NCBI GenBank assembly: GCA_963727445.1
Contig: CAVSGI010000015.1
Location: 288,001-352,000, forward strand
DNA: 64,000 nt
Direction of reading: 5' to 3'
From: an uncultured delta proteobacterium
Lineage (GTDB): Bacteria > Myxococcota_A > Polyangia > Polyangiales > B10-G4
Shown: piece by piece, positions 41,517 through 53,426 of the stretch
Layout of the letters: every line of letters starts with the position of its first letter
Position numbering within the stretch: the stretch's first letter is position 1
The notes under the pieces: model-generated
What the model was told of the DNA's origin: nothing
The model's input: the letters and a program-made list of their open reading frames with translations, nothing else
The model's database searches: none
Translations under genes and position numbers: made by a program

Positions 41517-42742
41517 GGCGAAGGCCTCGGGAGCGCCGCAGCGCGCCGACGGACGAGGCCGTCGAGGGCGCGCACCATCGACTGAGCGAAGGGCCGGGTG
41601 GGCAGCGAGCGCATGATGCAGAAGTCGTCGCTGAAGGAGCTCGTCTCGGAGAGGAAGCGGACCAGGATCTCGGGCGGGACGCGATCGAAGAGGCGCGTGA
41701 AGATCGCCGGCGCCTCCTCGGGGTGCTCCTCGAGGTGGCTGAGGAAGCAGCGGTCGAGGATCTGGGTGCGCTTCGTGTGGGCGGGGGGAGGGGCCGGCGC
41801 TTCTTCGAGCGAAGCGGAGGCGAGGGCGCGCGCCATGGCGCTGGAGAAGCGTTGGATGGCCAGGAACGCGTAGCCGGTCGCGGGCCGGGCCATGCCGCCG
41901 ACGAGGCCGATGCGATAGATCCGGGACGCGCTCCGTTGCTCGAAGGACTCGGTGGTCATCGGGATGACGCCGCGCTCTTCGTGCGTGATCACGTACTCCT
42001 CGACGCCGCGCTTGGCGAGGTGGCCGCGGAGCGTCGCCTCGTATGCCTGTTGGCCGAGGACCTCGGTGGAGAAGTAGGTGTCTTCGACCAGGGCGCGTCG
42101 CTCGCTCATGGGCAGCGTGTAGAGGAAGTGGATGCCGCGGCTCTGGTCGACGCGGAAGTCCATGAGCGTCGCGACCTCCGGATCGAAGGCGGGCTCTGGG
42201 GTCTCGATGAACCAGCCGCGGAAGTGCTGCAGGAGCCGGACCTCTCGGGTGCCGTCTTCGGCGCCCGGAAAGGTGCGCGCGGTCCCGGGGCGCCCGTCGA
42301 AGGCGAGGCGCGCCGTCACCGGGCCGCCGTCGGTCTCGACGATCACGTGATCACCGGCGTCGCGGACCGAGAGCGCGCGCGTGCCGAGCGCGAGCTCGTA
42401 GGTGGGTGCGGCGGCGATGCGCGCGAGGGCGCTCTGGTAGAAGCGCTCGCCCGGCAGGTACTGATACGCGTAGGCGTCGGAGCTCTGCTCGACGACGTCC
42501 TGCTCGCTCGCGACGCGCCAGCGGCGCCAGCGGTGGTCGATGGCGTCCTCGAAGGGATGGCGGGTGACGTCGAAGAAGCACCAGGTGCGGTCGTTCGGAA
42601 ACGAGGTGCGTGGATCGACGACGAGCACGCGGCGCGCGCCCAGACCCGCGTCGAGCATGTGGACCGACAGGCTGAGCCCGGCGCAACCCGCGCCGATGAC
42701 GACGTAGTCGTAGTCGAAGTCGGACGTCACGGAGCTCACCAT
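41513..42742 (-). CDS. crtY: Lycopene beta-cyclase
   Basis: IGAGCAGLSL, NDRTWCFF, LMDFRVDQ, EERGVIPM, RPATGYAF. Confidence 0.88.
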   Translation of the reverse strand: MVSSVTSDFDYDYVVIGAGCAGLSLSVHMLDAGLGARRVLVVDPRTSFPNDRTWCFFDVTRHPFEDAIDHRWRRWRVASEQDVVEQSSDAYAYQYLPGERFYQSALARIAAAPTYELALGTRALSVRDAGDHVIVETDGGPVTARLAFDGRPGTARTFPGAEDGTREVRLLQHFRGWFIETPEPAFDPEVATLMDFRVDQSRGIHFLYTLPMSERRALVEDTYFSTEVLGQQAYEATLRGHLAKRGVEEYVITHEERGVIPMTTESFEQRSASRIYRIGLVGGMARPATGYAFLAIQRFSSAMARALASASLEEAPAPPPAHTKRTQILDRCFLSHLEEHPEEAPAIFTRLFDRVPPEILVRFLSETSSFSDDFCIMRSLPTRPFAQSMVRALDGLVRRRAAALPRPSP

Positions 42743-42782
42743 ATCAGGCTCATAGTCGCGGAAGTCGCCCGCGCCGGTCCAT

Positions 42783-43631
42783 TCAGTCCGCGGAGATCCG
42801 GTGCCGGGCACGGAGCTTGGCGTGGATCGACAGCGCGATGAAGAGCCACGGGATCTCGAAGAGCGGATAGACGGCGTCGAGCGTAGCGAAGGCCGGAGAG
42901 TCGGATACGGCCTCGGGCGCCAGGAGCGCCACGCTCCCCACGTACTGAATGACGAGGAACGGCAGGACCCAGACGACGATCACCAGTGGGGCGAGGGCTT
43001 TTCGATGGCCCTTCATCCGCTTGTAGCTCTCGTGCAGGCACGAGATGGCGCCGGCCTCGCCGCTGATCACCAGCGGCATGACGATCGCGTAGGAGAGCGA
43101 CTTCACGATCCCGGGAACGATCAGGAAGACGAAGTGCAGGACGATGATCATTCCGGCGAGGGATTGCGCGAGCAGTGCGGGGAGAAATTTTCGGATCCCG
43201 ATTCCGAAGGACGCAGCGAGAGAGCGTTCCTCGCCATCGAGCGCCCTGAGACCGAGGTCGTAGGCCGTGACCGTGAACAGGAGCCCGACGATCTCCACAC
43301 CGAAGGCGATGGGGATCTGCACGCTTTCGTCCAGGGCCGCATACTTCAGCGCGACAGTCGTCACCAGCGTGTAGCCGGCTATCAGTCCGACGACCCACCA
43401 CCCCACGTCCCTGAAGAGCGCGACGGCGCCGCGGATCACCTCGCTGCCCGTCACCTCTCCGCGCTCCGCCGCGTGCGTGTTGTCCTCGATGCACGCCTCG
43501 CAGAGCACGCGCCTTCCGTGCCAGAAGAGCGGTCGCGCCTCGCCGCAGGAGGGGCAGGGCTCGTGCTCGACCGTGCGCTTCTCGGGCTTCGGTGAGCCCT
43601 TGCCCTTCTTCTTCTTCTTGCTCTTCGCCAT
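42783..43631 (-). CDS. Membrane protein with N-terminal Zn-ribbon-like motif
   Basis: CPSC...CEAC followed by TM helices including LIVPGIV. Confidence 0.7.
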   Translation of the reverse strand: MAKSKKKKKGKGSPKPEKRTVEHEPCPSCGEARPLFWHGRRVLCEACIEDNTHAAERGEVTGSEVIRGAVALFRDVGWWVVGLIAGYTLVTTVALKYAALDESVQIPIAFGVEIVGLLFTVTAYDLGLRALDGEERSLAASFGIGIRKFLPALLAQSLAGMIIVLHFVFLIVPGIVKSLSYAIVMPLVISGEAGAISCLHESYKRMKGHRKALAPLVIVVWVLPFLVIQYVGSVALLAPEAVSDSPAFATLDAVYPLFEIPWLFIALSIHAKLRARHRISAD

Positions 43632-43637
43632 CTCGAG

Positions 43638-44939
43638 TCAGCGCGCGAGCTCGCGCAGCTTCGCGATCGTGCTTTCGAGGGTCTCGCGCTCGTCCTTGCC
43701 CTGACGCAGGAAGGCCTCGATCGCGTCGATGCGCGCGAGGGCCGCGTCCAGCCGGCGGTCGCTCCCCTTCTGATAGGCGCCGAGGCTCACCAGGTCGCGC
43801 TTCTCTTCGTAGATCGCCAGATGCTCGCGGAGCTTCCGCGCCGCCTCGCGCTGGGCCTCGTCCGTGACCGCGTCCATCACCCGCGACAGGCTGTGCAGGA
43901 CGTCGATGGCCGGCCACCGCCCGCGCGCGCCGAGCCCGCGGTCGAGGAGCACGTGGCCGTCGAGGATGCCGCGCACCTCGTCCGCGATCGGCTCCTCCAT
44001 GTCGCCGCCCTCCACCAGCACCGTGTAGATCGCGGTGATCGAGCCCTTCGCCGCGGTCCCGCTCCGCTCGAGGAGTCCGGGCAACGCCGCGAAGACGCTC
44101 GGCGGATAGCCGCGCCGCGCCGGCGGCTCACCCGCGGCCAGGCCCACCTCGCGCCCCGCCCGTGCGAATCGCGTCACGCTGTCCATCAAGAGCAGCACTC
44201 GCTTGCCGCGGTCCCGAAACCACTCCGCGATCGCCGTCGCCACGTAGGCGCTCTCGAGGCGCACCAGCGCGGGCGCGTCGCTGGTCGCGCAGACGACGAC
44301 GCCGCGCTTCATCCCCTCTTCGCCGAGGCTGTCCTCGAGGAACTCGCGCACCTCGCGCCCGCGCTCGCCCACCAGCGCCACCACGAAGACGTCGGCGTCG
44401 GCCTGTCGCGCGATCTGCCCGAGGAGCGTGCTCTTGCCCACGCCGCTGCCCGCGAAGAGGCCGATGCGCTGCCCGCGCCCGATGGTCATGAGACCGTCGA
44501 TGGTCCGCACACCCGTCGTCAGCGCTTCGGTGATCCGCGGGCGCTCCATCGGGCTCGGCGGCGTCCGCATCAAGGGCGTGCGCTCTCCTTCGATCGCCGG
44601 TCCGCCGTCGATGGGCTGGCCCAGCCCGTCGAGGACGCGTCCCAGGAGCGCTTCGGAGCAGGTCACGGAGAGGGGCTCGCCAGTCGGCCGCACCGGATCG
44701 TCGGGCGCCACGCCTTTCGGATCGCCGAGCGGCAGGAGCGTGGCGTCGTCGAGGGCGAAGCCGACCACCACCGCGAGCAGCGGCGCGTCGCGTCGCTCGA
44801 TGCGCACCACCTCGCCGAGACGCACGCCGGGGATCGCGGCGCGGATCGACAAGCCGGTCAGCGATCGCACCCGCCCTTCGACCTGCACCGACTCGGCGCG
44901 GGACATGGCGTCGAGCATGCTGTCGAGCTCACGGGGCAT
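43638..44939 (-). CDS. sctN: FliI/SctN (YscN) type III export ATPase
   Basis: GQRIGLFAGSGVGKSTL, GERGREVREF, MDSVTRFARA, DEVRGILDGH. Confidence 0.9.
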   Translation of the reverse strand: MPRELDSMLDAMSRAESVQVEGRVRSLTGLSIRAAIPGVRLGEVVRIERRDAPLLAVVVGFALDDATLLPLGDPKGVAPDDPVRPTGEPLSVTCSEALLGRVLDGLGQPIDGGPAIEGERTPLMRTPPSPMERPRITEALTTGVRTIDGLMTIGRGQRIGLFAGSGVGKSTLLGQIARQADADVFVVALVGERGREVREFLEDSLGEEGMKRGVVVCATSDAPALVRLESAYVATAIAEWFRDRGKRVLLLMDSVTRFARAGREVGLAAGEPPARRGYPPSVFAALPGLLERSGTAAKGSITAIYTVLVEGGDMEEPIADEVRGILDGHVLLDRGLGARGRWPAIDVLHSLSRVMDAVTDEAQREAARKLREHLAIYEEKRDLVSLGAYQKGSDRRLDAALARIDAIEAFLRQGKDERETLESTIAKLRELAR

Positions 44940-45014
44940 CGGCGGCGTGCATGGTACTCCAGAAGCGGAGCCTTCGCCGAGTCGCCGTCCGCCCTCAACC
45001 CGCCGCGCCCAGGC

Positions 45015-46115
45015 TCAGTCGAAGAGCGCTTTGAGCTTTTCGAGGAAGCTCGACTGCTGGGGATGGGTGTCGATGCCCATCTCCTCGGCGAGCTCTTCGA
45101 GGAGCTTGCGCTGCCGGCGGTTGATCTTCTCCGGCACCTCGACCAGGACCTTCACCAGCTGGTCGCCCTTACCGGCGCCCCCGAAGACCGGGATCCCCTT
45201 GCCGCGCAAACGGAAGATGCGCCCCGACTGGGTCCCCGGCGGCAGCTTCATGTTCACCTTGCCCTCGAGGGTCGGTACCTCGATCTGGGCCCCCAGGACC
45301 GCTTGGGGGAAGCTCACCGGCACCGTGCAGTGGATGTCGGCGCCCTCGCGGGTGAAGAGCGGATGGTCCTCGATGCGGATGGTGACGTGGAGATCGCCCG
45401 CCTCGCCGCCCGCCTGCTCGCCAGCGCCCCGCACGGTGCGCACGGCTCCGTCGGCGACGCCGGCCGGGACCTTCACGGTCAGCTCGGCCTTCTTCGGGAC
45501 GCGCCCCACGCCCTTGCACGCCTTGCACGGCTTTTCAATCTTCTGGCCGGTCCCATCGCAGCTCTGGCAGGGACGCGAGGTGGAGAAGAAGCCGCGTTGG
45601 TAGCGCACGGTGCCGCGCCCGCGACACGCGCTGCACTCGGTCACGCTGGTGCCCGGCTCGGCGCGCGAGCCCTGGCAGGCCTCGCAGATCTCGGGGCGCG
45701 TCACCTCGATGGTCTTCTCTACGCCGGTCGCCGCCTCGACGAAGGAGAGCGTCAGATCGTAGGTGAGATCCCGAGCGGAGCGGCCGCGCCGTCGGCGCCC
45801 GCTGAAGACGTCGCCGAAGAACCCTTCGAGGATCTCCGCCATCGAGCCGATGTCCACGGGATCGAAGCCCCCGGCGCCACCCCCACCGAAGGCCGCGTGG
45901 CCGAAGCGGTCGTAGCGCGCGCGCTTGTCGGCGTCGCTGAGCACGGCGTAGGCCTCGCTCGCGACCTTGAAGCGCTCCTCGGCCTCGGGATCGTCCGGAT
46001 TCTTGTCCGGGTGGAGCTCGATCGCTTTCTTGCGATAGGCAGCCTTGATCTCCTGCGCCGTCGCGGTCCTCTCGACCTCGAGGACGGCGTAGTAGTCGGG
46101 CTTGTCTGCGCTCAC
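45015..46115 (-). CDS. dnaJ: Chaperone DnaJ
   Basis: DYYAVL...HPDKN J-domain; four CxxCxGxG-type repeats; C-terminal domain. Confidence 0.95.
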   Translation of the reverse strand: MSADKPDYYAVLEVERTATAQEIKAAYRKKAIELHPDKNPDDPEAEERFKVASEAYAVLSDADKRARYDRFGHAAFGGGGAGGFDPVDIGSMAEILEGFFGDVFSGRRRRGRSARDLTYDLTLSFVEAATGVEKTIEVTRPEICEACQGSRAEPGTSVTECSACRGRGTVRYQRGFFSTSRPCQSCDGTGQKIEKPCKACKGVGRVPKKAELTVKVPAGVADGAVRTVRGAGEQAGGEAGDLHVTIRIEDHPLFTREGADIHCTVPVSFPQAVLGAQIEVPTLEGKVNMKLPPGTQSGRIFRLRGKGIPVFGGAGKGDQLVKVLVEVPEKINRRQRKLLEELAEEMGIDTHPQQSSFLEKLKALFD

Positions 46116-46218
46116 CGGGGGGAGTGTTGCCACGAAGCCCCCGCGGGGCAAGGCTCGTTGTCCTCGACATCTCGCTCCCAGGCTCGGACAATCGACGGGT
46201 GCGGAATTCGACCCCGGG

Positions 46219-47178
46219 GTGCTCCCCCTGAGCGCAGCGGCGTTCAGCTTCGAGGTGGACGAGACCGAGTCGGGGCGGCGGCTCGACGTGGTCGTCGTCG
46301 CACGCGTCTCCGGGATGAGCCGGGCGCGGGCACGAAGGCTCGCCGAGGAGGGGAAGATCCAGGTCAACGGCCGTCCGGCCCGCAAAGGGCGGACGCTGAC
46401 GACGGGTGAGAAGGTCTCGCTCCTCGAGCTGCCGCAGTCGCCGGCCTTCGCCGCGCTCCCCGACTCGAGCCTCGACCTGATGGTGCTCCACGAGGACGCG
46501 CATCTGGTCGTCGTCGACAAGCCGCCGGGTATCGCCAGCCATCCGCTTCGCTCCGACGAGCTCGGCACCGTCGCGAGCTTCCTCGTCGCGCGCTACCCCG
46601 AGATGGCCGACGTTGGCTACGCCGCGCGCGAGCCCGGCATCCTGCATCGCCTCGACATCGGCACCAGCGGCGCGCTCCTCGCGGCGCGGGACGTCGCGAC
46701 CTTCGACGCCCTCCGCGACGAGCTGCGGCGCGGCCACGTCGACAAGCACTATCTCGCGCTCTGTCGCGGCCGGGTGACGGCGCCGATGGTCATCGAGGCC
46801 CCCATCGACGCCGACCCCAGCGATCGGCGCCGCGTCCGCGTGCACGAAAAGGGTCATGCACCCGCGGGTGCGCGCCACGCCCGCACCGAGGTGGTGAGCG
46901 CCAGGCACGGCGAGACCATGAGCCTGGTCGACGCGCGGGCCCGCACCGGCGCCCGCCATCAGGTGCGCGCCCACCTCGCTCACGTGGGCCATCCCCTCGC
47001 TGGCGACGCGCGTTACGGCGGGCCGGTCGTGCCCGGGCTCGCGCATCACTTCCTGCACGCGCACACTCTGGCGTTCACGCATCCCGTCACCGGGGAGCGC
47101 GTCAGCGTCGAGGCGCCGCTGCCCGCGGATCGGCGCAAGGTCCTCGAGGCGTCGGGATTGGCGATCGACGATGGATGA
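46219..47178 (+). CDS. RluA-family pseudouridine synthase with S4 domain (RluD-like)
   Basis: RLDVVV, VVDKPPG, HRLDIGTSG, HQVRAHL...GDARYG; start uncertain. Confidence 0.88.
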   Translation: MLPLSAAAFSFEVDETESGRRLDVVVVARVSGMSRARARRLAEEGKIQVNGRPARKGRTLTTGEKVSLLELPQSPAFAALPDSSLDLMVLHEDAHLVVVDKPPGIASHPLRSDELGTVASFLVARYPEMADVGYAAREPGILHRLDIGTSGALLAARDVATFDALRDELRRGHVDKHYLALCRGRVTAPMVIEAPIDADPSDRRRVRVHEKGHAPAGARHARTEVVSARHGETMSLVDARARTGARHQVRAHLAHVGHPLAGDARYGGPVVPGLAHHFLHAHTLAFTHPVTGERVSVEAPLPADRRKVLEASGLAIDDG

Positions 47179-47830
47179 CGCCGCCTACGCCCTCGCGCGC
47201 GAGCGAATGGTCGACGAGCAGCTCCGCCGCCGCGGGATCGGCGACCGGCGAGTACTCGACGCGATGGCCGCCGTGCCGCGCCACCTCTTCGTCGCCCCCG
47301 AGCTTCGCTACCGGGCCTATCTCGATGGGCCGCTGCCCATCGGGGAGAACCAGACCATCTCGCAGCCCTTCATGGTCGCGCTCACCTGCCAGCGCGCGCA
47401 GGTGAGGCCGGAGGCGCGGGTCCTCGAGGTGGGCTGCGGCTCGGGATACCAGGCGGCGGTCCTCGGCCAGCTCGCGCGCGAGGTGTGGACCATCGAGCGC
47501 ATCGGTGCGCTGGCGGCGAAGGCGCGCGTCAACCTCGCGGCGGCTGGCGCGGACAACGTCCACGTGGTCGTCGGTGACGGCACCCTCGGCCATCCGGAGG
47601 CCGCACCCTACGACGCGATCGTGGTGGCCGCGGCGGCGCCGAAGGTCCCGCCCGCCCTGGTCGCGCAGCTCGCGGAGGGAGGCCACCTCGTGATCCCCGT
47701 CGGCTCGCGCAGCATGCAGTCGCTCCGCATCCTCACCAAGCGGGGCGGTGAGGTGACGGAGGTCGGCAGCGAGGCCTGCGTCTTCGTGCCCCTCGTCGGA
47801 AAGGACGGGTGGACGGAGGGGTTCGCGTGA
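47171..47830 (+). CDS. pcm: Protein-L-isoaspartate O-methyltransferase
   Basis: VPRHLFV, QTISQPFMVA, LEVGCGSGYQAA, APYDAIVV. Confidence 0.95.
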   Translation: MDDAAYALARERMVDEQLRRRGIGDRRVLDAMAAVPRHLFVAPELRYRAYLDGPLPIGENQTISQPFMVALTCQRAQVRPEARVLEVGCGSGYQAAVLGQLAREVWTIERIGALAAKARVNLAAAGADNVHVVVGDGTLGHPEAAPYDAIVVAAAAPKVPPALVAQLAEGGHLVIPVGSRSMQSLRILTKRGGEVTEVGSEACVFVPLVGKDGWTEGFA

Positions 47831-47860
47831 GCGACCCCCAGTACTGCGCCTGCGGCCGCC

Positions 47861-49033
47861 TCAAAAAGGAACGCGCAGCGCGACCTGGCCGATGATGCCG
47901 TTGCCGAAGCGGTTCGTGCGCCAGACGTACTCGAGGCCCAGCTCGAGGGTGGCGTTCCAGGCGAAGTCCAGGGGCGTCCGTTCGAGGAATCCGAGGTGGA
48001 CGAGCAACAGGCCCCCGACCAGGTGGCTGTGAAAGGCGGTCATCTTCGGGTCCGCCGTCCAGTACTGATCCGTCAGCGAGTATCCGGCGTCGTGCTGGAA
48101 GAACGCGTGGGTCTGGTTGTAGTAGCGGTAGCGAGCGCGGAGCATCACGATGTCGCCGATCTCCTGGTAGAGCCGGATCTCGGGCGTCAGCGCGGCGATG
48201 TCCCAGTTGTCCACGTAGGCTCGATAGAGCAGGTGGATCGCCGTGTTCGTGGGCTCGAACAAGTAGGCGAGGCGCCCGTGGACCGTGTGACGCGTGCGTT
48301 GGTCCGGGTGGTGCTCGCGCATCAGCATCCCGTCGATGGACACCTGGCGATAGGCGTTCTGTAAGAAGCCGGTGAGGACGCCGAGGTCGTAGCCGATGTC
48401 CAGCGTGAGCACCGGCGTCAGCGTCTGACTCCAGACGAAGTTCATCACGACGCCGTTGAAGTCGCCCTGTTTGCCGCGATCGGAGAGATCGCGCCCCGTG
48501 GGGTCGGTCCGGGTGTTGCCGCGGAAGCGCTGGCCCACCTCGTCGTGGAAGACCGTGAGGTTGTAGCGCAGAACGGTGGCGCGCTCCGCGAGGGACAGGG
48601 CGGTGGAGACGGTCCCCGCCAGCGACGAATAGTCGGGCTCCTGGCTGTATCGCGCGCGGACGTTGGTATCGAGGTTGGCGTCGCCTAGATCGAACTCGTA
48701 GCCGGTGCCGAGCGCGAAGTCGTTGCGAAGCTCGGTGAAGCGCACGTCGGTGATCGCGCCGGCGGCGACGCTTGCGCTGGTGATCGAGTCGAGGAGGTAG
48801 TGGCCGTTGACGCGAACGCCGTTGGGGGCTTCGAGGTTCAAAGTGACCTCGGGCGCCACCACGCGGGTGCTGGTCTCCCAGTAGTAGTTGCCTCGCGCCT
48901 CGAGGTTGCCGGTCCACGTCCCCGACGTCTCGTCGGCCGCCGCCGCCAGTGGCAGGATCGCCACCAGCATCGCGAGCACGAGCGCCGTGGCTCGCCGCGC
49001 AGCCGGGCGAGCGTCCCGGGAGGGAGGGCGCAT
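47861..49033 (-). CDS. DUF3570 family outer-membrane protein
   Basis: DSITSAS, YSQEPDYSS, GFLQNAYR, REHHPDQRTR, YRYYNQ; downstream of DUF4266. Confidence 0.8.
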   Translation of the reverse strand: MRPPSRDARPAARRATALVLAMLVAILPLAAAADETSGTWTGNLEARGNYYWETSTRVVAPEVTLNLEAPNGVRVNGHYLLDSITSASVAAGAITDVRFTELRNDFALGTGYEFDLGDANLDTNVRARYSQEPDYSSLAGTVSTALSLAERATVLRYNLTVFHDEVGQRFRGNTRTDPTGRDLSDRGKQGDFNGVVMNFVWSQTLTPVLTLDIGYDLGVLTGFLQNAYRQVSIDGMLMREHHPDQRTRHTVHGRLAYLFEPTNTAIHLLYRAYVDNWDIAALTPEIRLYQEIGDIVMLRARYRYYNQTHAFFQHDAGYSLTDQYWTADPKMTAFHSHLVGGLLLVHLGFLERTPLDFAWNATLELGLEYVWRTNRFGNGIIGQVALRVPF

Positions 49034-49242
49034 CAGTTACACCCGCAGCCGCCGCCGGTGGTCGACATCCCGCCCGTCGCGCCTTCGCGCGAGTCGTTCA
49101 CGTGGGCGTGGAAGGTCGCTTCACCCGACTCACGGCTGGTGTCCATGCTCGGGCGCGTGAGGTTCTCGCGCTCGTAGGGCGAGACCGTCGCGCAGCCAGC
49201 CAGCGACGAAATCGCCAGGAGAAGGAAGAGAATGCGTCGCAC
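49033..49242 (-). CDS. DUF4266 family small lipoprotein
   Basis: LAGC lipobox; VSPYERENL...REGATGG...GGGCGCN. Confidence 0.88.
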   Translation of the reverse strand: MRRILFLLLAISSLAGCATVSPYERENLTRPSMDTSRESGEATFHAHVNDSREGATGGMSTTGGGCGCN

Positions 49243-49266
49243 GGGGTCCTCGCGGGGCAGGCGCCT

Positions 49267-51156
49267 CTAGTCGAGCCACTCCGCGATGCGGAGAAGCGGC
49301 GACAGCATGATGCGCGTCAGGCCGCGGAGGGTCTCGTGGGAACGGATGACGTCGGCCGCGTGGGGGCCGACGGTGTAATAGAGGTCGACGAAGGCACGCC
49401 CCGCGGCGTTCGTCAGCAAGTGGCGGTCGCGGAAGCGACGCAGGGTCCCGATCTCCGAAGCCATGGGTGAGCCGTAAGCGGCGGTGGCGACGAAGCAGGG
49501 GGTCACGGTGGTGAAGTTGATCTCGGTGGTGGTGATCTCGGCGACCTCGATGGGGCCGCGATCGTTGCAGCGGTCGACGGCGCGAATGCCGACGTAGTAG
49601 TGCGACTCCGGCTGCATCCCGCCGAAGTCCACCTCGATGGTGTCTCCGGCCGCGGCGTCGGTGGGCACCACCAGCTCGATGGAGTCGAGGTCCGCGGCGA
49701 AGGCGGGCTGCGCGCGCATGAAGCTCTCCTCGTCCACGATGGGATGGAGGCCGTAGCGCACCTCGTAGCGACCGAGCTCGCGGTCGCTCGGTGGCACCGT
49801 GAAGGAGAGCGTCGCCCACTGGTGCGAGTGCTTCTCGTCGGCGTAGGTGCTGATGGTGAAGTCCGAGACGGCGGCCGGGGGCATGTCCAGGTCGCACAGG
49901 CCGACGCAGGTGTTGTCCGGCGCGCAGATGAAGTTCGCGGCGCAGGGCTGGGCGTCGCTGCACTCGACGCCGCACTCGGGGGGTGGGTCCTCGGCGGCGC
50001 AGACGTTGGTGGAGATCATCCCGACCCGCAGTCGATTGCCGTCGCCCATGGCGCGGAGGCGGTCGACGCCGCTGCCGGGGGCGCTCGCCGGATCGTCGGT
50101 GATGATCCCGTTCATCGGCGACATGTCTCCGGTCATCCCGTTGACGTCGCTGTAGCCGACCGGCATCGCGCTTCCCCACATCCCGCCGGCTGGGCCGAGG
50201 GTGAAGGGCACGGAGTAGACCACCGAGGGCTGGCCGCGGTAGGGGTAGCCGTAGTTCTGCGCCCAGTAGTCCCAGGTGCCGCTCGGGTTGGTCGGCGTGG
50301 GATAGGTGGTGTCGTTGAACTCGTCGTTGTAGTCGCCCTCGACGTTCACCTCGACGAAGAGGACGTAGTCGCCGTCGGGCCAGGTCTCCGGGACGTCGTA
50401 CTGCACGCGGCGCAGCATGTCGCCAGCGGGGGTGGCCATGGTGACGGCGTCGATGTCGGGCATGATGGTCCGGACGTCGTCGTCGTAGTGCGCGACGTCC
50501 GCGTGATCGTTGCAGCCCGGGGTATCGCAGAAGACGACGTCGCGTCGCGGGGGGTAGATCGAGCCGATGCTCAGGGGACGCATGTCGGCCGAGCCGCCCT
50601 CCTCGAAGGGCTCGCTGTAGCCTCCGGAGACGTCGTCCTCGGTGAGGTAGCGGCCCTTGTCGGAGTTGAAGATGCTGGCGCAGCTCACCGCGTCGAGGGC
50701 GTCCTTGCGCGTCGTGGAGACGTCGAAGGAGAGGCAGTAGTACTCGTCACGGCTGAAGTCGTTCGAGGTGCGCGAGGCGAAGCCCTCGGAGTTGCGGTCC
50801 TGGAAGATGACGCGGGGGAAGAGCTCGGCGCCCGGCGCGCTGGCGCGGCGATGACCCCAGACGGGAAGCACGTTCTCGCGGCGGCCGTAGGGCCAGCGGA
50901 AGCCGCTGTTCATCTGGGACGCGCCCGGGCGGTTGCCGATCCCGCGGTAGGCGGTGGCCTGGGTGAGGGCGACGGTGTCCATGAAGGTTCCGTCGTCGCG
51001 CTCGACCCAGATGGCGATCTGCGCGCGCGCGGTCGGCGTCAGCTCGATGTCGATCACCCGGCTCGCGCCAGACCCCATCGGATCCTGCGCGGAGGCCGGC
51101 AGGGCACAGAGCAGGGCGAGCCCCAGCCCGATCACGAGGCGACGGAACGAACGCAT
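49267..51156 (-). CDS. Secreted DUF2271-like/FN3 protein with CFI-box-CTERM tail
   Basis: [20 protein letters not shown] and [26 protein letters not shown]...LRRFRD...FVDLYY. Confidence 0.75.
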   Translation of the reverse strand: MRSFRRLVIGLGLALLCALPASAQDPMGSGASRVIDIELTPTARAQIAIWVERDDGTFMDTVALTQATAYRGIGNRPGASQMNSGFRWPYGRRENVLPVWGHRRASAPGAELFPRVIFQDRNSEGFASRTSNDFSRDEYYCLSFDVSTTRKDALDAVSCASIFNSDKGRYLTEDDVSGGYSEPFEEGGSADMRPLSIGSIYPPRRDVVFCDTPGCNDHADVAHYDDDVRTIMPDIDAVTMATPAGDMLRRVQYDVPETWPDGDYVLFVEVNVEGDYNDEFNDTTYPTPTNPSGTWDYWAQNYGYPYRGQPSVVYSVPFTLGPAGGMWGSAMPVGYSDVNGMTGDMSPMNGIITDDPASAPGSGVDRLRAMGDGNRLRVGMISTNVCAAEDPPPECGVECSDAQPCAANFICAPDNTCVGLCDLDMPPAAVSDFTISTYADEKHSHQWATLSFTVPPSDRELGRYEVRYGLHPIVDEESFMRAQPAFAADLDSIELVVPTDAAAGDTIEVDFGGMQPESHYYVGIRAVDRCNDRGPIEVAEITTTEINFTTVTPCFVATAAYGSPMASEIGTLRRFRDRHLLTNAAGRAFVDLYYTVGPHAADVIRSHETLRGLTRIMLSPLLRIAEWLD

Positions 51157-51229
51157 CGGACGGACGAGCATATCAGAGCGACGACGCGCGACGCCTCTGT
51201 TTGCGGGGCGAGACCGCGGGGTCCCCTCA

Positions 51230-51273
51230 GAAAGCCTCACGTTTTCAGATGTAGTCCGCGGAAAGGCTCACGT
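51230..51273. promoter_or_regulatory. Direct repeat upstream of the DUF3570 operon
   Basis: GAAAGCCTCACGT at 51230 and GAAAGGCTCACGT at 51261. Confidence 0.4.
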
Positions 51274-51331
51274 CGAGGCCTCCTTCGCGCTCGATTCATT
51301 CGACGCCAACAGCGAAGGATGTGCGACGGCA

Positions 51332-53369
<2,038 letters not shown>

Positions 53370-53426
53370 GGGGGAGCCTTAGCACGGGCTCATGACAGGG
53401 GTCTGTCAGTTGGGTCGCGTCACGGC

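Noticed and set aside
43638..44939. Flagellar operon or F1 ATPase beta subunit
   Set aside because: No fli/flg/atp neighbours; motifs fit FliI/SctN rather than AtpD
43821..46409. 862-aa plus-strand ORF
   Set aside because: Antisense to sctN and dnaJ
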